Assembly (NCBI GenBank): GCA_963740085.1
Contig: CAVUCU010000001.1
Coordinates: 32,001-96,000 of the forward strand
Origin: Nitrospirota bacterium
GTDB taxonomy: Bacteria; Nitrospirota; UBA9217
DNA length: 64,000 nt
Reading direction: 5' to 3'
Below are positions 1-11,501 of the stretch, in pieces. The position numbers were made by a program, and so were the translations under genes. Position 1 is the stretch's first letter. Each line of letters opens with the position of its first letter. The notes beneath the pieces are model-generated. The model saw only the letters and a list, made by a program, of their open reading frames with translations, did not search any database and had not been told where the DNA came from.

Positions 1-1217
<1,217 letters not shown>

Positions 1218-1248
1218 GAATCCTCACTCTTTCCCTTGCAAAGTTATG

Positions 1249-1512
1249 CTACTTTCTTATGCCCAGCTGCTCAATGACCTTGCGATAGCGGTCAAGATCG
1301 TTCGTCTTCAGGTAATTCAAATGCCGGCGCCTCTGCCCGACCATTTGCAGAAGACCTCTCCGCGAATGTTGATCGTGCTTGTGCGTCTGCAAATGCTCCG
1401 TCAGATGGCTTATCCGTCCGCTCAGAATTGCAATCTGCACTTCCGGAGAACCTGTATCTGATGGATGCCTGCGGTACGTATTGATCAGACCTGTTTTCTG
1501 TTCCTTATCCAT
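1249..1512 (-). CDS. rpsO: 30S ribosomal protein S15
   Basis: [13 protein letters not shown]...[23 protein letters not shown]; GGAGG RBS upstream. Confidence 0.98.
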   Translation of the reverse strand: MDKEQKTGLINTYRRHPSDTGSPEVQIAILSGRISHLTEHLQTHKHDQHSRRGLLQMVGQRRRHLNYLKTNDLDRYRKVIEQLGIRK

Positions 1513-1597
1513 TCAACCGTCCCTCCTTTCATCAAGAAATTTCTGAAGCGTGCTAAAATATCATATTTACAGCGTGTTGTAAAGCATTTTATTCATG

Positions 1598-1635
1598 ATC
1601 GGACGGATCCGACTGATCCGCCAAATCCGTCCGAT
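1598..1635. repeat. 11-bp perfect inverted repeat built from 9-nt ATCCG units
   Basis: ATCGGACGGAT (1598-1608) / ATCCGTCCGAT (1625-1635); units ATCCGACTG ATCCGCCAA ATCCGTCCG. Confidence 0.7.
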
Positions 1636-1648
1636 AATAAAAAAAATT

Positions 1649-2530
1649 CTACGAAAAAACCAGATCGGGTTTGAGCACCCCGGCAACGATGCGTGCAAGT
1701 CCCAGGAGCCTGCCGGAAGGGCTGTGAAGCCTGACATGGTCACTGGCGATGTTTTCAAAAGACGAGGGACACGATATCTGGTTGCCATGCAGCACCCGTA
1801 CCGTCTCCGCCTCGCTGATCGGAATTGCCGGGAACGCGGCGAGTGCATCGTCCATCGGCGTGATCGCCCGTTCCCCGTCTCCTGACGCCATCATCGCCTG
1901 GAGCCGATCGAGTGTAATGGCGCGATCAATGCTGAACCGCCCGGAGCGCGTTCTTTCCAGGCCGGTCAGATGCGCTCCCATACCCAGGGCATCTCCTATT
2001 TCGGCGCACAGCGTGCGGATGTACACGCCTTTTGAGCATGCTACCGTGAGACTCGCCACGGGGTCTTCGAACGCCGTCAGCTCGATGCTGAATATCGTCA
2101 CCGGACGCGGCTTGAGCAATTCCGCCTTGCCTTCGCGTGCCAGCTTGTACGACGGCACCCCCGCCACTTTCACGGCAGAGTATGCCGGCGGGCGCTGCAT
2201 GACCGAACCGGTGAAACCCTGCAGAACTTCAGCGATCTTCCGCCGGTCGGGAGGCGCATACGACCTCGTTTCTTGTATCCGTCCATCGGCATCAAGGGTA
2301 TCGGTGGTCACCCCGAGCCGCATGGTCGCCTTGTACTCCTTCTCCCCTGCTTCAAGGTACTGCGCTATCCTGGTTGCCCTGCCCGCGCAGAGAACGAGAA
2401 CACCGGTCGCGAGCGGGTCGAGCGTACCCGTGTGGCCGATCCGCCGTTCATGCAGGATCCTCCGGACGCTCTCGACGACATCGTGAGAGGTCACGCCGGA
2501 CGGTTTGTTGATGTTAAGGACGCCGTCCAT
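1649..2530 (-). CDS. truB: tRNA pseudouridine(55) synthase TruB
   Basis: INKPSGVTSHD, GHTGTLDPLATGVL, CSKGVYIRTL motifs. Confidence 0.97.
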   Translation of the reverse strand: MDGVLNINKPSGVTSHDVVESVRRILHERRIGHTGTLDPLATGVLVLCAGRATRIAQYLEAGEKEYKATMRLGVTTDTLDADGRIQETRSYAPPDRRKIAEVLQGFTGSVMQRPPAYSAVKVAGVPSYKLAREGKAELLKPRPVTIFSIELTAFEDPVASLTVACSKGVYIRTLCAEIGDALGMGAHLTGLERTRSGRFSIDRAITLDRLQAMMASGDGERAITPMDDALAAFPAIPISEAETVRVLHGNQISCPSSFENIASDHVRLHSPSGRLLGLARIVAGVLKPDLVFS

Positions 2531-3515
2531 CCGGCCTCGTTCCTATGCTTCCCATCTGCGCAGCAATTGTCTTCTCGACGTCGCCGATCACCCGTTTTTT
2601 TACTTCGTCGAGCGTCCCGTCGAGAATGCCTCCGGCGGCGTTCTTGTGTCCGCCGCCACCGAACGATTGGGCCAATCCCGAGAGGTCGACCCGCCCCTTG
2701 GAACGCATGCTGATCTTATACTGTGCGCTTCCCGTTTGCCTCAACAGGATCGCCACCTCGACACCCTTTGCCGACCGCACAAAATTCACGAAGTTGTCCG
2801 TGTCCTCTGCCGTGGTGTTGGTCCGGCGATACAGCTCATCGGTCACCACGACCCACGCGGCCCGTCCGTCCGCGCTCCGTTCCATGTTCGCGAGGACCGT
2901 TCCAAGGAGCTTCAATCGAGGATAGGAAAAGGATTCGTATACGTTTTCCGTGACCTGCCAGGGGTCGGCGCCGGCCTCGAGCAGCGTTGCCGCTATCTTC
3001 ATGCTTTCCGGCGTGGTATTCGAATAACGGAAGGACCCCGTGTCCGTAAAGATAGCGGTATACAGGCAGAGGGCAATATCCCGATCGACCGGGACTCCCA
3101 GCTCCCGGATAAGCCTGAAGATCATCTCGCCGGTGGCCGATGCGGCCGTATCCAGCCAGGTAAGCGGCCATTCAAGAGGATTGGTAATGTGGTGATCGAT
3201 ATTGATCAATACTTCGGCGGGATAGGTCTCGTCAAACAGTCCCGTTCGCGGCGGGTCCGCATCAACGACAACGAACGCATCATAACGACCCTGGACCGGT
3301 TTCCCGATCCTGATCAGTTCATTCTGCGGCAGGAACCGGTAGATCTCCGGCACCGGATCCAGATTGTGCGCGACCACCGTCTTGCCCATTTTCCCCAGAG
3401 CGAGCATAAGCCCGAGCTGAGACCCGAGGGCGTCTCCGTCCGGATTTTTGTGCGTGGAAAGAAGAACGGTCGTGCACCCTTTCAGTGCCGCTGCAATGCT
3501 CTCAGGTCTACTCAT
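2514..3515 (-). CDS. nrnA: DHH family bifunctional oligoribonuclease/PAP phosphatase NrnA
   Basis: HKNPDGDALGS, NIDHH, TDTGSF, GGGGHKNAAG; start set at MSRPESI (3515), overlapping the rbfA end. Confidence 0.92.
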   Translation of the reverse strand: MSRPESIAAALKGCTTVLLSTHKNPDGDALGSQLGLMLALGKMGKTVVAHNLDPVPEIYRFLPQNELIRIGKPVQGRYDAFVVVDADPPRTGLFDETYPAEVLINIDHHITNPLEWPLTWLDTAASATGEMIFRLIRELGVPVDRDIALCLYTAIFTDTGSFRYSNTTPESMKIAATLLEAGADPWQVTENVYESFSYPRLKLLGTVLANMERSADGRAAWVVVTDELYRRTNTTAEDTDNFVNFVRSAKGVEVAILLRQTGSAQYKISMRSKGRVDLSGLAQSFGGGGHKNAAGGILDGTLDEVKKRVIGDVEKTIAAQMGSIGTRPDGRRP

Positions 3516-3903
3516 GCCCAGGGTCCTTCTTTTCCTTCTCTTCCGTTTCCTGCCCCTGATTTTTCTCGATCTCGTGCAGGAGTTCCATGATATGCGCCCC
3601 CTGCTCCACGGTGGCATCGAAACGGAACAGGATCTCCGGAACGCTCCTCATGGCCATTCGTCTGCCGAGTTCCGACCTGATGAACGCCGAGGCGCTTTTC
3701 AGACCCTTGAACGTTTCTTCCTTGTCGCCGCCGTAGACGCTCACGAAAACCTTCGCATTCCTGAGGTCATCCGACAGCTCGACATCGGTCACCGTCACGA
3801 ACCCTATTCGGGGGTCCTTTATCTTGCGCATGAGGATATCGGCGATCTCCTGCTTCATCTGATCGCCCACGCGCACCGATCTTTTATAGGTTGGTTTGGC
3901 CAT
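3508..3903 (-). CDS. rbfA: Ribosome-binding factor A
   Basis: KDPRIGFVTVTDVELSDDLRNAKVFVS; PEILFRFD; operon position. Confidence 0.97.
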   Translation of the reverse strand: MAKPTYKRSVRVGDQMKQEIADILMRKIKDPRIGFVTVTDVELSDDLRNAKVFVSVYGGDKEETFKGLKSASAFIRSELGRRMAMRSVPEILFRFDATVEQGAHIMELLHEIEKNQGQETEEKEKKDPGHE

Positions 3904-3910
3904 TTTAATT

Positions 3911-4010
3911 CAGTAGTCAGTTGTCAGGAGGCAGGAGTCAGGAGAAGAAGGTTTAATTCAGAATTGTTTTGATGTTATTCCGGCTTCTGGATACTGACTT
4001 CTGGCTCCTG
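3911..4010. repeat. Inverted pair of heptamer tandem arrays
   Basis: CAGTAGT CAGTTGT CAGGAGG CAGGAGT CAGGAGA (3911-3945) versus GCTTCTG GATACTG ACTTCTG GCTCCTG (3983-4010). Confidence 0.8.
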
Positions 4011-4014
4011 TCCT

Positions 4015-4296
4015 TTAAAATATCTCTATATGATAATCCAGGAGGTCTATTTCCGGCACTCCGCGGACCATGTTCAGGACATGGTCCAGCGTCTGGTTGA
4101 GGTGGGATTTATCATTGCTCACTGCCGCTACTGCCAGTGATGCCTTTTGCCAGAGATCGTTGTCGTCGACCTCGGCCACCGAGACGTTGAACTTGTTCCG
4201 GATCCTGTCTTTCAGGCTTCGGAGTGAATGCCGCTTGTCTTTGAGCGACCCGCTGCCGGGAACATGCATCTCTATGGTACAAACACCGATGAACAT
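4015..4296 (-). CDS. DUF503 (YlxP-like) protein
   Basis: SLKDKR...IRNKFNVSVAEVDDNDLWQ; canonical position between infB and rbfA; start set at MFIGVC. Confidence 0.9.
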   Translation of the reverse strand: MFIGVCTIEMHVPGSGSLKDKRHSLRSLKDRIRNKFNVSVAEVDDNDLWQKASLAVAAVSNDKSHLNQTLDHVLNMVRGVPEIDLLDYHIEIF

Positions 4297-4320
4297 AGCC
4301 AGAACGTAAAAAGGCACGAT

Positions 4321-4420
4321 TGCAAAATGCAGAATTCAAAATGGAAAAGTTAAAATGAACGGATATGAAATCATGGCCTGTGGCCATACCTCAATTTTGC
4401 AATTTGCATTTTGAAATTTG
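4321..4420. repeat. Inverted pair of heptamer tandem arrays
   Basis: TGCAAAA TGCAGAA TTCAAAA TGGAAAA GTTAAAA versus AATTTTG CAATTTG CATTTTG AAATTTG. Confidence 0.8.
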
Positions 4421-4435
4421 AATTATGCGGTTGTC

Positions 4436-7081
4436 CTACAGCTTTCCCGCCACTTTATCGATCACGAAACACTCGATGACGTCGCCGACCTTGATATCGT
4501 TGAAGTTCTCGATACCGATGCCGCACTCGTAACCGGACTGCACCTCGCGCACATCGTCCTTGAACCTCTTGAGCGAATGAAATTTCCCCGTGTACACGAG
4601 CACGTTGTCCCGGATCACCCGGACACCATCGCACTGGCGGCTGAGGACGCCCTCCACGACATATGATCCTGCGATCGTGCCGACCTTGGACACATGAAAG
4701 GTTTGACGCACTTCGGCGCGCCCAAGGATGCGCTCTTTGAGCGTCGGTTCCAGCAGGCCTTCCATGGCGGCCTTGATGTCATCGATGGCATTGTAGATGA
4801 TGTTGTAAAGGCGGATGTCCACTCCCTCGCGCTGGGCAAGTTCCGTCGCCTTGGGTTCCGCACGGACGCTGAAGCCGATGATGATGGCGTTTGACGCTGC
4901 CGCGAGCATCACGTCGGTCTCGGTGATCGCGCCCACGGAACTGTGGATGACCTTGAGCTTGACCGCTGTGGTGGAAAGTTTTTCGAGCGAATCGACGATG
5001 GCCCCGGCCGATCCCGACACGTCCGCTTTGATCACGATATTGAGCTCCTTGACCATGCCCTCCTGGATCTGGGTGTGCAGGTCTTCGAGCGTCACCTTTT
5101 TGATCGAGCCCATCTCCGTGCTTCTCTGCTTGGCCTGCCTGCCTTCCGCGATCTGACGGGCCTTGCGCTCCTCTTCGAGCACCACAAAACGGTCCCCCGC
5201 GAGCGGGACGCTGGAAAATCCGATGACTTCAGCGGGCGTGGATGGTCCCGCGCTCTCCACCCGTTCGCCCTTGTCGTTGATTAGCGCCCGCACCTTTCCG
5301 AACTGGGACCCGGTCACGAAGAAATCGCCCACCTTCAACGTACCGGACTGGACCAGGACGGTGGCGACCGGGCCGCGTCCCCTGTCAAGTTTTGCCTCGA
5401 TGACCGTGCCGCGCGCCATCTTGTCGGGGTTCGCTTTGAGCTCGAGCACATCGGCCTGGATGAGGATCATCTCGAGCAGATGTTCGAGACCGATCTTTTT
5501 CTTCGCCGATACTTCGCAGAAGATGGTCTGGCCGCCCCACTCTTCCGGAGTCAATTCGAATTCCGCGAGCTCCTGTTTCACCCGGTCCGGCTTTGACTCG
5601 GGTTTGTCGATCTTATTGATGGCCACGATGATCGGCACGTTGGCCGCCTTTGCGTGGTTGACCGCTTCACGCGTCTGCGGCATCACGCCGTCATCGGCCG
5701 CGACAACGAGGACCACGATGTCCGTCACCTGCGCCCCGCGGGCGCGCATTGCCGTAAAGGCCGCATGGCCCGGTGTGTCGAGGAACGTAATGTCCCTCCC
5801 TTTCAGGCTCACCTGGTAGGCGCCGATATGCTGGGTAATTCCGCCGGCTTCACCCGAGACGACGTTCGTTTCCCGAACCGCGTCAAGGAGCGAGGTTTTG
5901 CCGTGGTCCACATGTCCCATGATCGTGACCACCGGCGGCCGCAACAGCTGGGATTCCGCCGTATCGGCCTTTTCCTCCAGAACATCCTCGGCCGTTTCGA
6001 TGCTCGTGATCTCGGCCTTGATGCCGTAATCTTCAGCAAGGAGCATGGCGGCATCGGTATCCATGACCTGGTTCTGCGTTGCCATGATGCCGTTGGCCAT
6101 GAGCTTCTTGATCACGTCGCTCACCTTCTGACCGATGACCTCGGCGAATTCCTTGATGGTTCCGCCTTCCTGGATCTTGACGACCTTTTTTCTCGGCTTG
6201 GTGATCTCGGCCAGATCGGTCTGCGGAGCGTGTCTCTCGTCTTTTTTATGAGGTCTCTTCCCAAGGGGCAGCGTCTTCAGATCGGGAAGCTTCTTAAACG
6301 ACGGCTTCGCGCGGAACTCCCGGTCGGACTTGTTCTCGAATTCTCCTTTTTTCTGCCACTTTTTCTTTGACGGCTTGGCCGGGACCGGCATCAGCGACGG
6401 CGGCACCTGCGCGGGTTCAAGCACCGGACTTCTGAAGGAGGTTCTTTCAAAAGGACGCCCTCCCGGACGCGCCGGCGAGCCGGGACGCTGCGGTGTGTAG
6501 CCCGGACGCGGCGGGGCGCCGGGGCGCTGCGGTGAAAAACCCGGACGAGCCGGGGCACCCGGTCGTTGTGGAGCGAAGCCTGGCCGCGCGGGAGCACCAG
6601 GACGCTGCGGTGCGGGGGCCGGCTGCGCTGTCGCTGCCGGCTGGGGCTGTGCGGGTTGAGTGGACTCCGGAGAAACCCCTGCTTCTTCAACCTTGGCAGG
6701 TTGTATCGGAGCTGCATGGGACACCGGCGGAATGACCGGCGGAGCAGGCAGGGTCGGTTTCGGGGGAGGAATGGGTGCCGGCTTCGGCTTTGCCCCCGGT
6801 TTTTCAAGCGTTGATGAAAATTTTCCGATCAGTGCCGCGGCTTTCTTCAACCGGTCCTCTTTGGAGACGATCACACCACCGGCCGGTTCCTTCTTGATTT
6901 TTTCTTTTTCCTTCTCTTTGCGGACAGCCTTCAACTTGTCGATCAGGGACTTGGCCTCTTTGTCATCAAGACCGCTCGATGGAGTTTTGCTCTTGATGCC
7001 CATCTTCTCAAGGACGGATATGAGGTCCTTGCTTTCGACTCCCATTTTTTTGGCCAGTTCGTGTACCCTGATTACCGTCAT
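4436..7081 (-). CDS. infB: Translation initiation factor IF-2
   Basis: RVHELAK N-terminus; [17 protein letters not shown] GTPase motifs. Confidence 0.99.
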   Translation of the reverse strand: MTVIRVHELAKKMGVESKDLISVLEKMGIKSKTPSSGLDDKEAKSLIDKLKAVRKEKEKEKIKKEPAGGVIVSKEDRLKKAAALIGKFSSTLEKPGAKPKPAPIPPPKPTLPAPPVIPPVSHAAPIQPAKVEEAGVSPESTQPAQPQPAATAQPAPAPQRPGAPARPGFAPQRPGAPARPGFSPQRPGAPPRPGYTPQRPGSPARPGGRPFERTSFRSPVLEPAQVPPSLMPVPAKPSKKKWQKKGEFENKSDREFRAKPSFKKLPDLKTLPLGKRPHKKDERHAPQTDLAEITKPRKKVVKIQEGGTIKEFAEVIGQKVSDVIKKLMANGIMATQNQVMDTDAAMLLAEDYGIKAEITSIETAEDVLEEKADTAESQLLRPPVVTIMGHVDHGKTSLLDAVRETNVVSGEAGGITQHIGAYQVSLKGRDITFLDTPGHAAFTAMRARGAQVTDIVVLVVAADDGVMPQTREAVNHAKAANVPIIVAINKIDKPESKPDRVKQELAEFELTPEEWGGQTIFCEVSAKKKIGLEHLLEMILIQADVLELKANPDKMARGTVIEAKLDRGRGPVATVLVQSGTLKVGDFFVTGSQFGKVRALINDKGERVESAGPSTPAEVIGFSSVPLAGDRFVVLEEERKARQIAEGRQAKQRSTEMGSIKKVTLEDLHTQIQEGMVKELNIVIKADVSGSAGAIVDSLEKLSTTAVKLKVIHSSVGAITETDVMLAAASNAIIIGFSVRAEPKATELAQREGVDIRLYNIIYNAIDDIKAAMEGLLEPTLKERILGRAEVRQTFHVSKVGTIAGSYVVEGVLSRQCDGVRVIRDNVLVYTGKFHSLKRFKDDVREVQSGYECGIGIENFNDIKVGDVIECFVIDKVAGKL
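6460..6615 (-). repeat. About four 36-nt coding repeats (PQRPG[AS]P[AP]RPG) in the IF-2 linker
   Basis: [51 protein letters not shown]. Confidence 0.85.
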
Positions 7082-7125
7082 AAAATCACATGCCCCCAGA
7101 AAGTTGTTTAATGTGGAATTCTACT

Positions 7126-7708
7126 CTACTCACTGTTTTTTATCAAGACTTTTAATCTTTCGGCCTCTGTCCAGAGCGAATCAGAGAGCCCTTTATCCTC
7201 TATCCCGATCACGCCGACCAGTTCACGGTTGAGCATCGCCCCAAGCTCTTCGCGGGTGAAAAGCGTCGTACACCGCACTGATGCGGCATGGGGACCCGCC
7301 ACTTTTTCCTTCGTCCCTTTTGACAGGTCGATCGCGTACAGGAGCATTGAAACTCGACCCTTCTCAACGGCATCGTGGACCGCGGAGTAGCCGGCCGCCA
7401 GTTTACCCGCCTTGGCCGACATTACGATGAGGGATCTTATCTTCTCCGTAATGAGCGCCGCAAGCTGACCGATAAATGCATCCGGCTCCGGCGACCTGAC
7501 CTTGCTGTGAAGCGCCCGGGAAAGGTTTTCTTTGCTCAACGCCTTATGTTATGCACTCCACCGTGGGACAGACATAGGCCGCGCGGCCGGGCAGTTTCTC
7601 CCGGTAGTCGATCACGATGCCAAGCGGTCCGGCGGCGATCCGGATCACGGCATCCTTCTCAAATACACCTCGACAACCGATACACGTTCTCTCCGGCCCC
7701 TGTTTCAT
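7126..7708 (-). CDS. YlxR/RnpM (DUF448)-L7Ae fusion protein, split by one extra base near 7546
   Basis: ATG 7708 gives MKQGPERTCIGCR...PGRAAYVCPTVECIT*; removing one base continues as KALSKENLSRAL into the L7Ae-like KAGKLAAGYSAV...LFTREELG. Confidence 0.85.
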
Positions 7709-7729
7709 CCTTGACCTACCTGACCATGT

Positions 7730-9088
7730 CTACGTTCCGAGGCGTGCTCGCGCCGACAGCAGTATCTTCTGCGCCGTTTTCTCACCGATACCCGGAACTG
7801 CCAGGATCTCCTCGTCGGACATGGCGGCGATCTTCTCCAGTGTATCGTAGCCCGCCTCGATGAGCAGTTCCGCTGTTTTTGGCCCAACACCTTCTATCAA
7901 TGTCAGGCCTGACTCCGGCGGCTGCGCATCATCGGCTGTTGTTGTCCCGGAGGCTTCGGCTTCCATTTTCCCGGCAGCTTCGTGCTCCTCGGCCAACTTC
8001 CGCGTTTCCTCAACGATCGCCGCTTCGATCTCCTGCTCTCGTTCCTTTTGCCGTTCCTGATCGTATTCGGATTCACTCAGTATATCGATCTTCCAGCCGG
8101 TGAGCTTTGCCGCAAGCCTCACGTTCTGACCCTTTTTCCCGATGGCGAGTGAAAGCTGGGAATCGGCGACCACGGTCAATGCCGAGCGGTCTTCCTCGGT
8201 CACACCCACCTTTTCAACCACGGCGGGGCTCAATGCCTTCGCGATGAAAATGCGCGGATCTTCGGACCAGGGGATGATATCGATCTTCTCTCCCCGCAGT
8301 TCGCGGACCACGGCCTGCACACGGGAGCCCTTCATGCCCACACAGGCGCCCACCGGATCAACCTGCGAGTCCTTTGAAGCCACGGCTATCTTCGTGCGGT
8401 CTCCCGCCTCGCGGACGACGCCTTTGATCTCGACGATATTCTCGTAAATTTCCGGGACCTCCATCTCGAACAGCCGGGAGACGAAATCCGGATGGGCGCG
8501 GGAAAGGACCACCTGCGGTCCTTTCGAGGTATCGCGCACCTCAAGCACATACGCCCTGACGCGGTCGCCCCTGCGGTAGCTCTCGCGCGGCACCTGTTCC
8601 CGTGCGGGCAGCACGGCCTCGGTCTTGCCAAGGTCGATGTAGTAGGCGCCCTTCTCATGGCGCAGGACGATGCCGTTCACGAGCTGTCCGATCTTGTCGT
8701 TAAACTCCTTGAGGATGACCTCGCGCTCAGCCTCGCGCACCTTCTGCACGATGACCTGGCGCGCGGTCTGCGCCGCGATCCTGCCGAAACCCTGGAACTC
8801 GACCTGCAGCGGGACTTCACCCTCCATCTGCGCGTCGGGATAGAGCGTCTGCGCCTCTTCGAGGGTGATCTCCTCCTCGGGGTTCAAGACCTCGGCCACA
8901 ACCTTCTTGTAGGCATACATGATGATGTCTCCCCGCTTGGGGTCGATCTGCACCGCGATCCGCTGGGCGCCATACTTCTTTTTGGCCGCGCTCACGAGCG
9001 CCGACTCCACGGCCTCGACAACCATCTCCTTCGAAATGCCCTTTTCCTTGCTGATCTGATCGATAACATGAATCAGCTCTTGACTCAT
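7730..9088 (-). CDS. nusA: Transcription termination/antitermination factor NusA
   Basis: FGRIAAQTARQVI, DPVGACVGMKGSRV, LAIGKKGQNVRLAAKLTGW; C-terminal HhH repeats. Confidence 0.99.
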   Translation of the reverse strand: MSQELIHVIDQISKEKGISKEMVVEAVESALVSAAKKKYGAQRIAVQIDPKRGDIIMYAYKKVVAEVLNPEEEITLEEAQTLYPDAQMEGEVPLQVEFQGFGRIAAQTARQVIVQKVREAEREVILKEFNDKIGQLVNGIVLRHEKGAYYIDLGKTEAVLPAREQVPRESYRRGDRVRAYVLEVRDTSKGPQVVLSRAHPDFVSRLFEMEVPEIYENIVEIKGVVREAGDRTKIAVASKDSQVDPVGACVGMKGSRVQAVVRELRGEKIDIIPWSEDPRIFIAKALSPAVVEKVGVTEEDRSALTVVADSQLSLAIGKKGQNVRLAAKLTGWKIDILSESEYDQERQKEREQEIEAAIVEETRKLAEEHEAAGKMEAEASGTTTADDAQPPESGLTLIEGVGPKTAELLIEAGYDTLEKIAAMSDEEILAVPGIGEKTAQKILLSARARLGT

Positions 9089-9303
9089 AAGCCTTTCTCC
9101 TCCTGATGGACCATTTATATAAATTCTTGAGAGATTAACTACCTAACCCGAACAAGCCTAAAACGAAAAGGCGTCTCTCGCGGAGCACGCAGAGTTAAAT
9201 CAACACCCTTCAGTCCTGGCCTTAACCGGGATCATTTCTTGAGCTCTTCTCCACAAACGCCGCCTCCGCGAGAAAATTTCTTGCCTCTTTGAAAAATCAA
9301 TGG

Positions 9304-9765
9304 CTAAAACTCCACTTCCAGCGAAGCCTTGGTGATGCCGGTCATCGGTATTTCTATGATCTTTTCAGTTTCAAGTTCCACCCTGACCGTGCCTTCAACG
9401 AATCCGAGCAGCCTGCCGCGAAAGACCTTTTGCCCGTCGATGGGCTGATAGGTCTTTATCCTGACCATACTGCCCGTGAACCGGACGAAGTGCTCGGGTT
9501 TCGAGAGAGTACGGTCGAGACCGGGTGACGATACTTCAAGCGTATACGCATGAGGTATAATGTCCTCGACGTCCAGCACCGCGCTGAGGTCCCTGCTCAC
9601 GGTCTCGCAGTCGCTCAGCGTGACACCGCCCGATTCCCGGTCGATAAAGATCCGGAGAAGCCACTGCGGGCCCTGCTTATGAAACTCCAGGTCCCAGAGC
9701 GACAGGCCCATGGATTCAAGGATCGGATCCAGTAACTGCCGGACATTTTCCGCGGCATCAGCCAT
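9304..9765 (-). CDS. rimP: Ribosome maturation factor RimP
   Basis: LRIFID...DCETVSR...YTLEVSSPGLDR; start set at MADAAEN. Confidence 0.96.
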   Translation of the reverse strand: MADAAENVRQLLDPILESMGLSLWDLEFHKQGPQWLLRIFIDRESGGVTLSDCETVSRDLSAVLDVEDIIPHAYTLEVSSPGLDRTLSKPEHFVRFTGSMVRIKTYQPIDGQKVFRGRLLGFVEGTVRVELETEKIIEIPMTGITKASLEVEF

Positions 9766-9781
9766 TCGACCCCCAAATAAA

Positions 9782-9808
9782 AAGAGTGGGCAACAAATGC
9801 CCACTCTT
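9782..9808 (-). promoter_or_regulatory. rimP leader hairpin (attenuator/terminator-like)
   Basis: Minus strand AAGAGTGGGCA-TTTGT-TGCCCACTCTT followed by TTTATTT, directly upstream of rimP. Confidence 0.75.
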
Positions 9809-10009
9809 CAAGGAATTTCCCAGAGTGTTGATTATGTTTTAACATACTGGCCAGGCGAATGCAAGAAAAAAATGGTCTCGTTTTTTAAACCAGATTATCT
9901 CGCGCAGGCACGCGCGTCAGACAGAACAGGGCACCGGCTCCTGCTGATAAACACTGCAAAGTCAAAAAAGTTCCAGGGGCGGTCTCGATAATTTCGATAA
10001 AAAAAGTTC

Positions 10010-10038
10010 TTGTCAATGACGGCTGAATGGCATATAGT
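10010..10038 (+). promoter_or_regulatory. Sigma70-type promoter of the HU gene
   Basis: TTGTCA-17 nt-TATAGT. Confidence 0.6.
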
Positions 10039-10091
10039 TGCCGTATTGCAGCACTATTCTAATACACGTCTAATACACGGGAGGGAAATAC

Positions 10092-10373
10092 ATGGCAAAG
10101 GCAATGACGAAATCACAGTTGGTATCGAAGCTCGCGGAGAAGGCATCACTCACCAAGAAGGCTGCCGGAGAGATATTGGATTTCATCGCAGAGGTGGCCT
10201 ATAAAGAAGCAAAGAACACCTTCACCCTGCCCGGGCTCGGCAAGCTTGTGCTTGTCCAGCGCAAAGCACGCATGGGCAGAAACCCGGCAACCGGTGAAAC
10301 CATCAAGATAAAGGCAAAGAAGGTCGTCAAGTTCCGGGTTGCAAAAGCCGCCAAGGATGCGATCCTCGGTTAG
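10092..10373 (+). CDS. HU family DNA-binding protein
   Basis: MTKSQLV, PGLGKL, ARMGRNPATGETIKI; GGAGG RBS. Confidence 0.95.
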   Translation: MAKAMTKSQLVSKLAEKASLTKKAAGEILDFIAEVAYKEAKNTFTLPGLGKLVLVQRKARMGRNPATGETIKIKAKKVVKFRVAKAAKDAILG

Positions 10374-10400
10374 CGATAACGACTCAGGTGGATAGACGAG

Positions 10401-10478
10401 AGACTGAAGTTAGAGAGACTGAAGGTGGATAGGCTGAAGGGGAGTGTGTAAGGTTTTTACTTCTTCAGCCATCAGTCT
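10401..10478. repeat. 15-nt period AG(A/G)CTGAAG array with an inverted partner
   Basis: AGACTGAAG at 10401 and 10416, AGGCTGAAG at 10431; inverted CTTCAGCC and TCAGTCT at 10463-10478. Confidence 0.7.
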
Positions 10479-10509
10479 TCATCCTCAATAACCTGCAGTA
10501 GTTACTTCC

Positions 10510-10788
10510 ATGACCGATCCTCCGTCGATAAAACTGCCCATAGACGGCACGCTCGACCTGCACACGTTCCTGCCCGGAGAGGTGAAGGACCTGGTTCCCG
10601 AGTATCTCGCCGCCTGCCGGGAGCGCGGCATCACGCAGGTCCGCATCATACACGGGAAAGGCGTCGGCACGCTGCGACATACTGTTGAATCAATTCTTAA
10701 GAAACTGTCTTGCGTGGAATCAATGAGAACTGGTGATGAGACCTCGGGGGGTTGGGGAGCGACGATCGTGACGCTGCGGAAAATATGA
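10510..10788 (+). CDS. Stand-alone Smr/MutS2 C-terminal domain protein
   Basis: LDLHTF, VRIIHGKGVGTLR, GGWGATIV. Confidence 0.92.
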   Translation: MTDPPSIKLPIDGTLDLHTFLPGEVKDLVPEYLAACRERGITQVRIIHGKGVGTLRHTVESILKKLSCVESMRTGDETSGGWGATIVTLRKI

Positions 10789-11199
10789 TCAGTCAGCGGA
10801 GCGATTTTCGCCGACCCGCCCTTTCCATGCTATAAAATCCATTTCAATAGCCACCTCTTTCGGAAGACGTGAAACCTCGACCGTAGCACGTGCAGGCGGT
10901 TCAGAGGGGAAATACCCGCCGTACACCTCGTTCACTGCCGCAAAATCAGCCATGTTCTTGAGATAGATAGTGACCTTTACAACCTGCTGCAGGCCGCAAC
11001 CAGCGGCCAAGAGAATGGCCCTGGTATTCTCCATCACCTGCCTGGTCTGAGCTTTTATGTCAACCTGGACCACATTTCCGCCTTTAGGGTCTACCGGTAT
11101 CTGACCGGATACGAACACAAGACCGCCCGCCACAACAGCCTGGGAATAAGGCCCGATCGCCTGGGGAGCATCTGCAGTTTTTATGATTTTTTTCTTCAA
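10789..11199 (-). CDS. RidA family enamine/imine deaminase
   Basis: [30 protein letters not shown]. Confidence 0.95.
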   Translation of the reverse strand: MKKKIIKTADAPQAIGPYSQAVVAGGLVFVSGQIPVDPKGGNVVQVDIKAQTRQVMENTRAILLAAGCGLQQVVKVTIYLKNMADFAAVNEVYGGYFPSEPPARATVEVSRLPKEVAIEMDFIAWKGRVGENRSAD

Positions 11200-11303
11200 A
11201 AATAAACCTCCACAGTATCTTTAATTAAATTACACAACTTATTATTATTTTATGCTTTTTAATATTTAATGTAAACCATTATGTGTTTCGCTTGCCAGAA
11301 GTA

Positions 11304-11419
11304 GTCATACCCGTCTCAACCGCTTCCCGGGGATAAACTTTGCCCGTGAAAACGGCGGGCTTGTATCCAGGTGTCACGTGTATTTGAAACGACTGGATTC
11401 CCGTTTTCACGGAAATGAC
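11304..11419. repeat. REP/RPE-like palindromic element (GTCAT-CCCG...ATCCAG...CTGGATTCCCG...ATGAC type)
   Basis: GTCATACCCG at the left end; CCCGTGAAAACGG and ATCCAG mirrored by CTGGATTCCCGTTTTCACGGAAATGAC. Confidence 0.65.
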
Positions 11420-11501
11420 GAAATAATCATGATTCAGCTCGTGATAAGTTGCGGTGAGCGCTGTTAGCCTGAACTCTGAGCATCAAACCCTTGGATCTTC
11501 C

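Noticed and set aside
1598-1635. Intrinsic terminator after truB
   Set aside because: The hairpin has no downstream U-tract on either strand, so it is treated as a repeat element.
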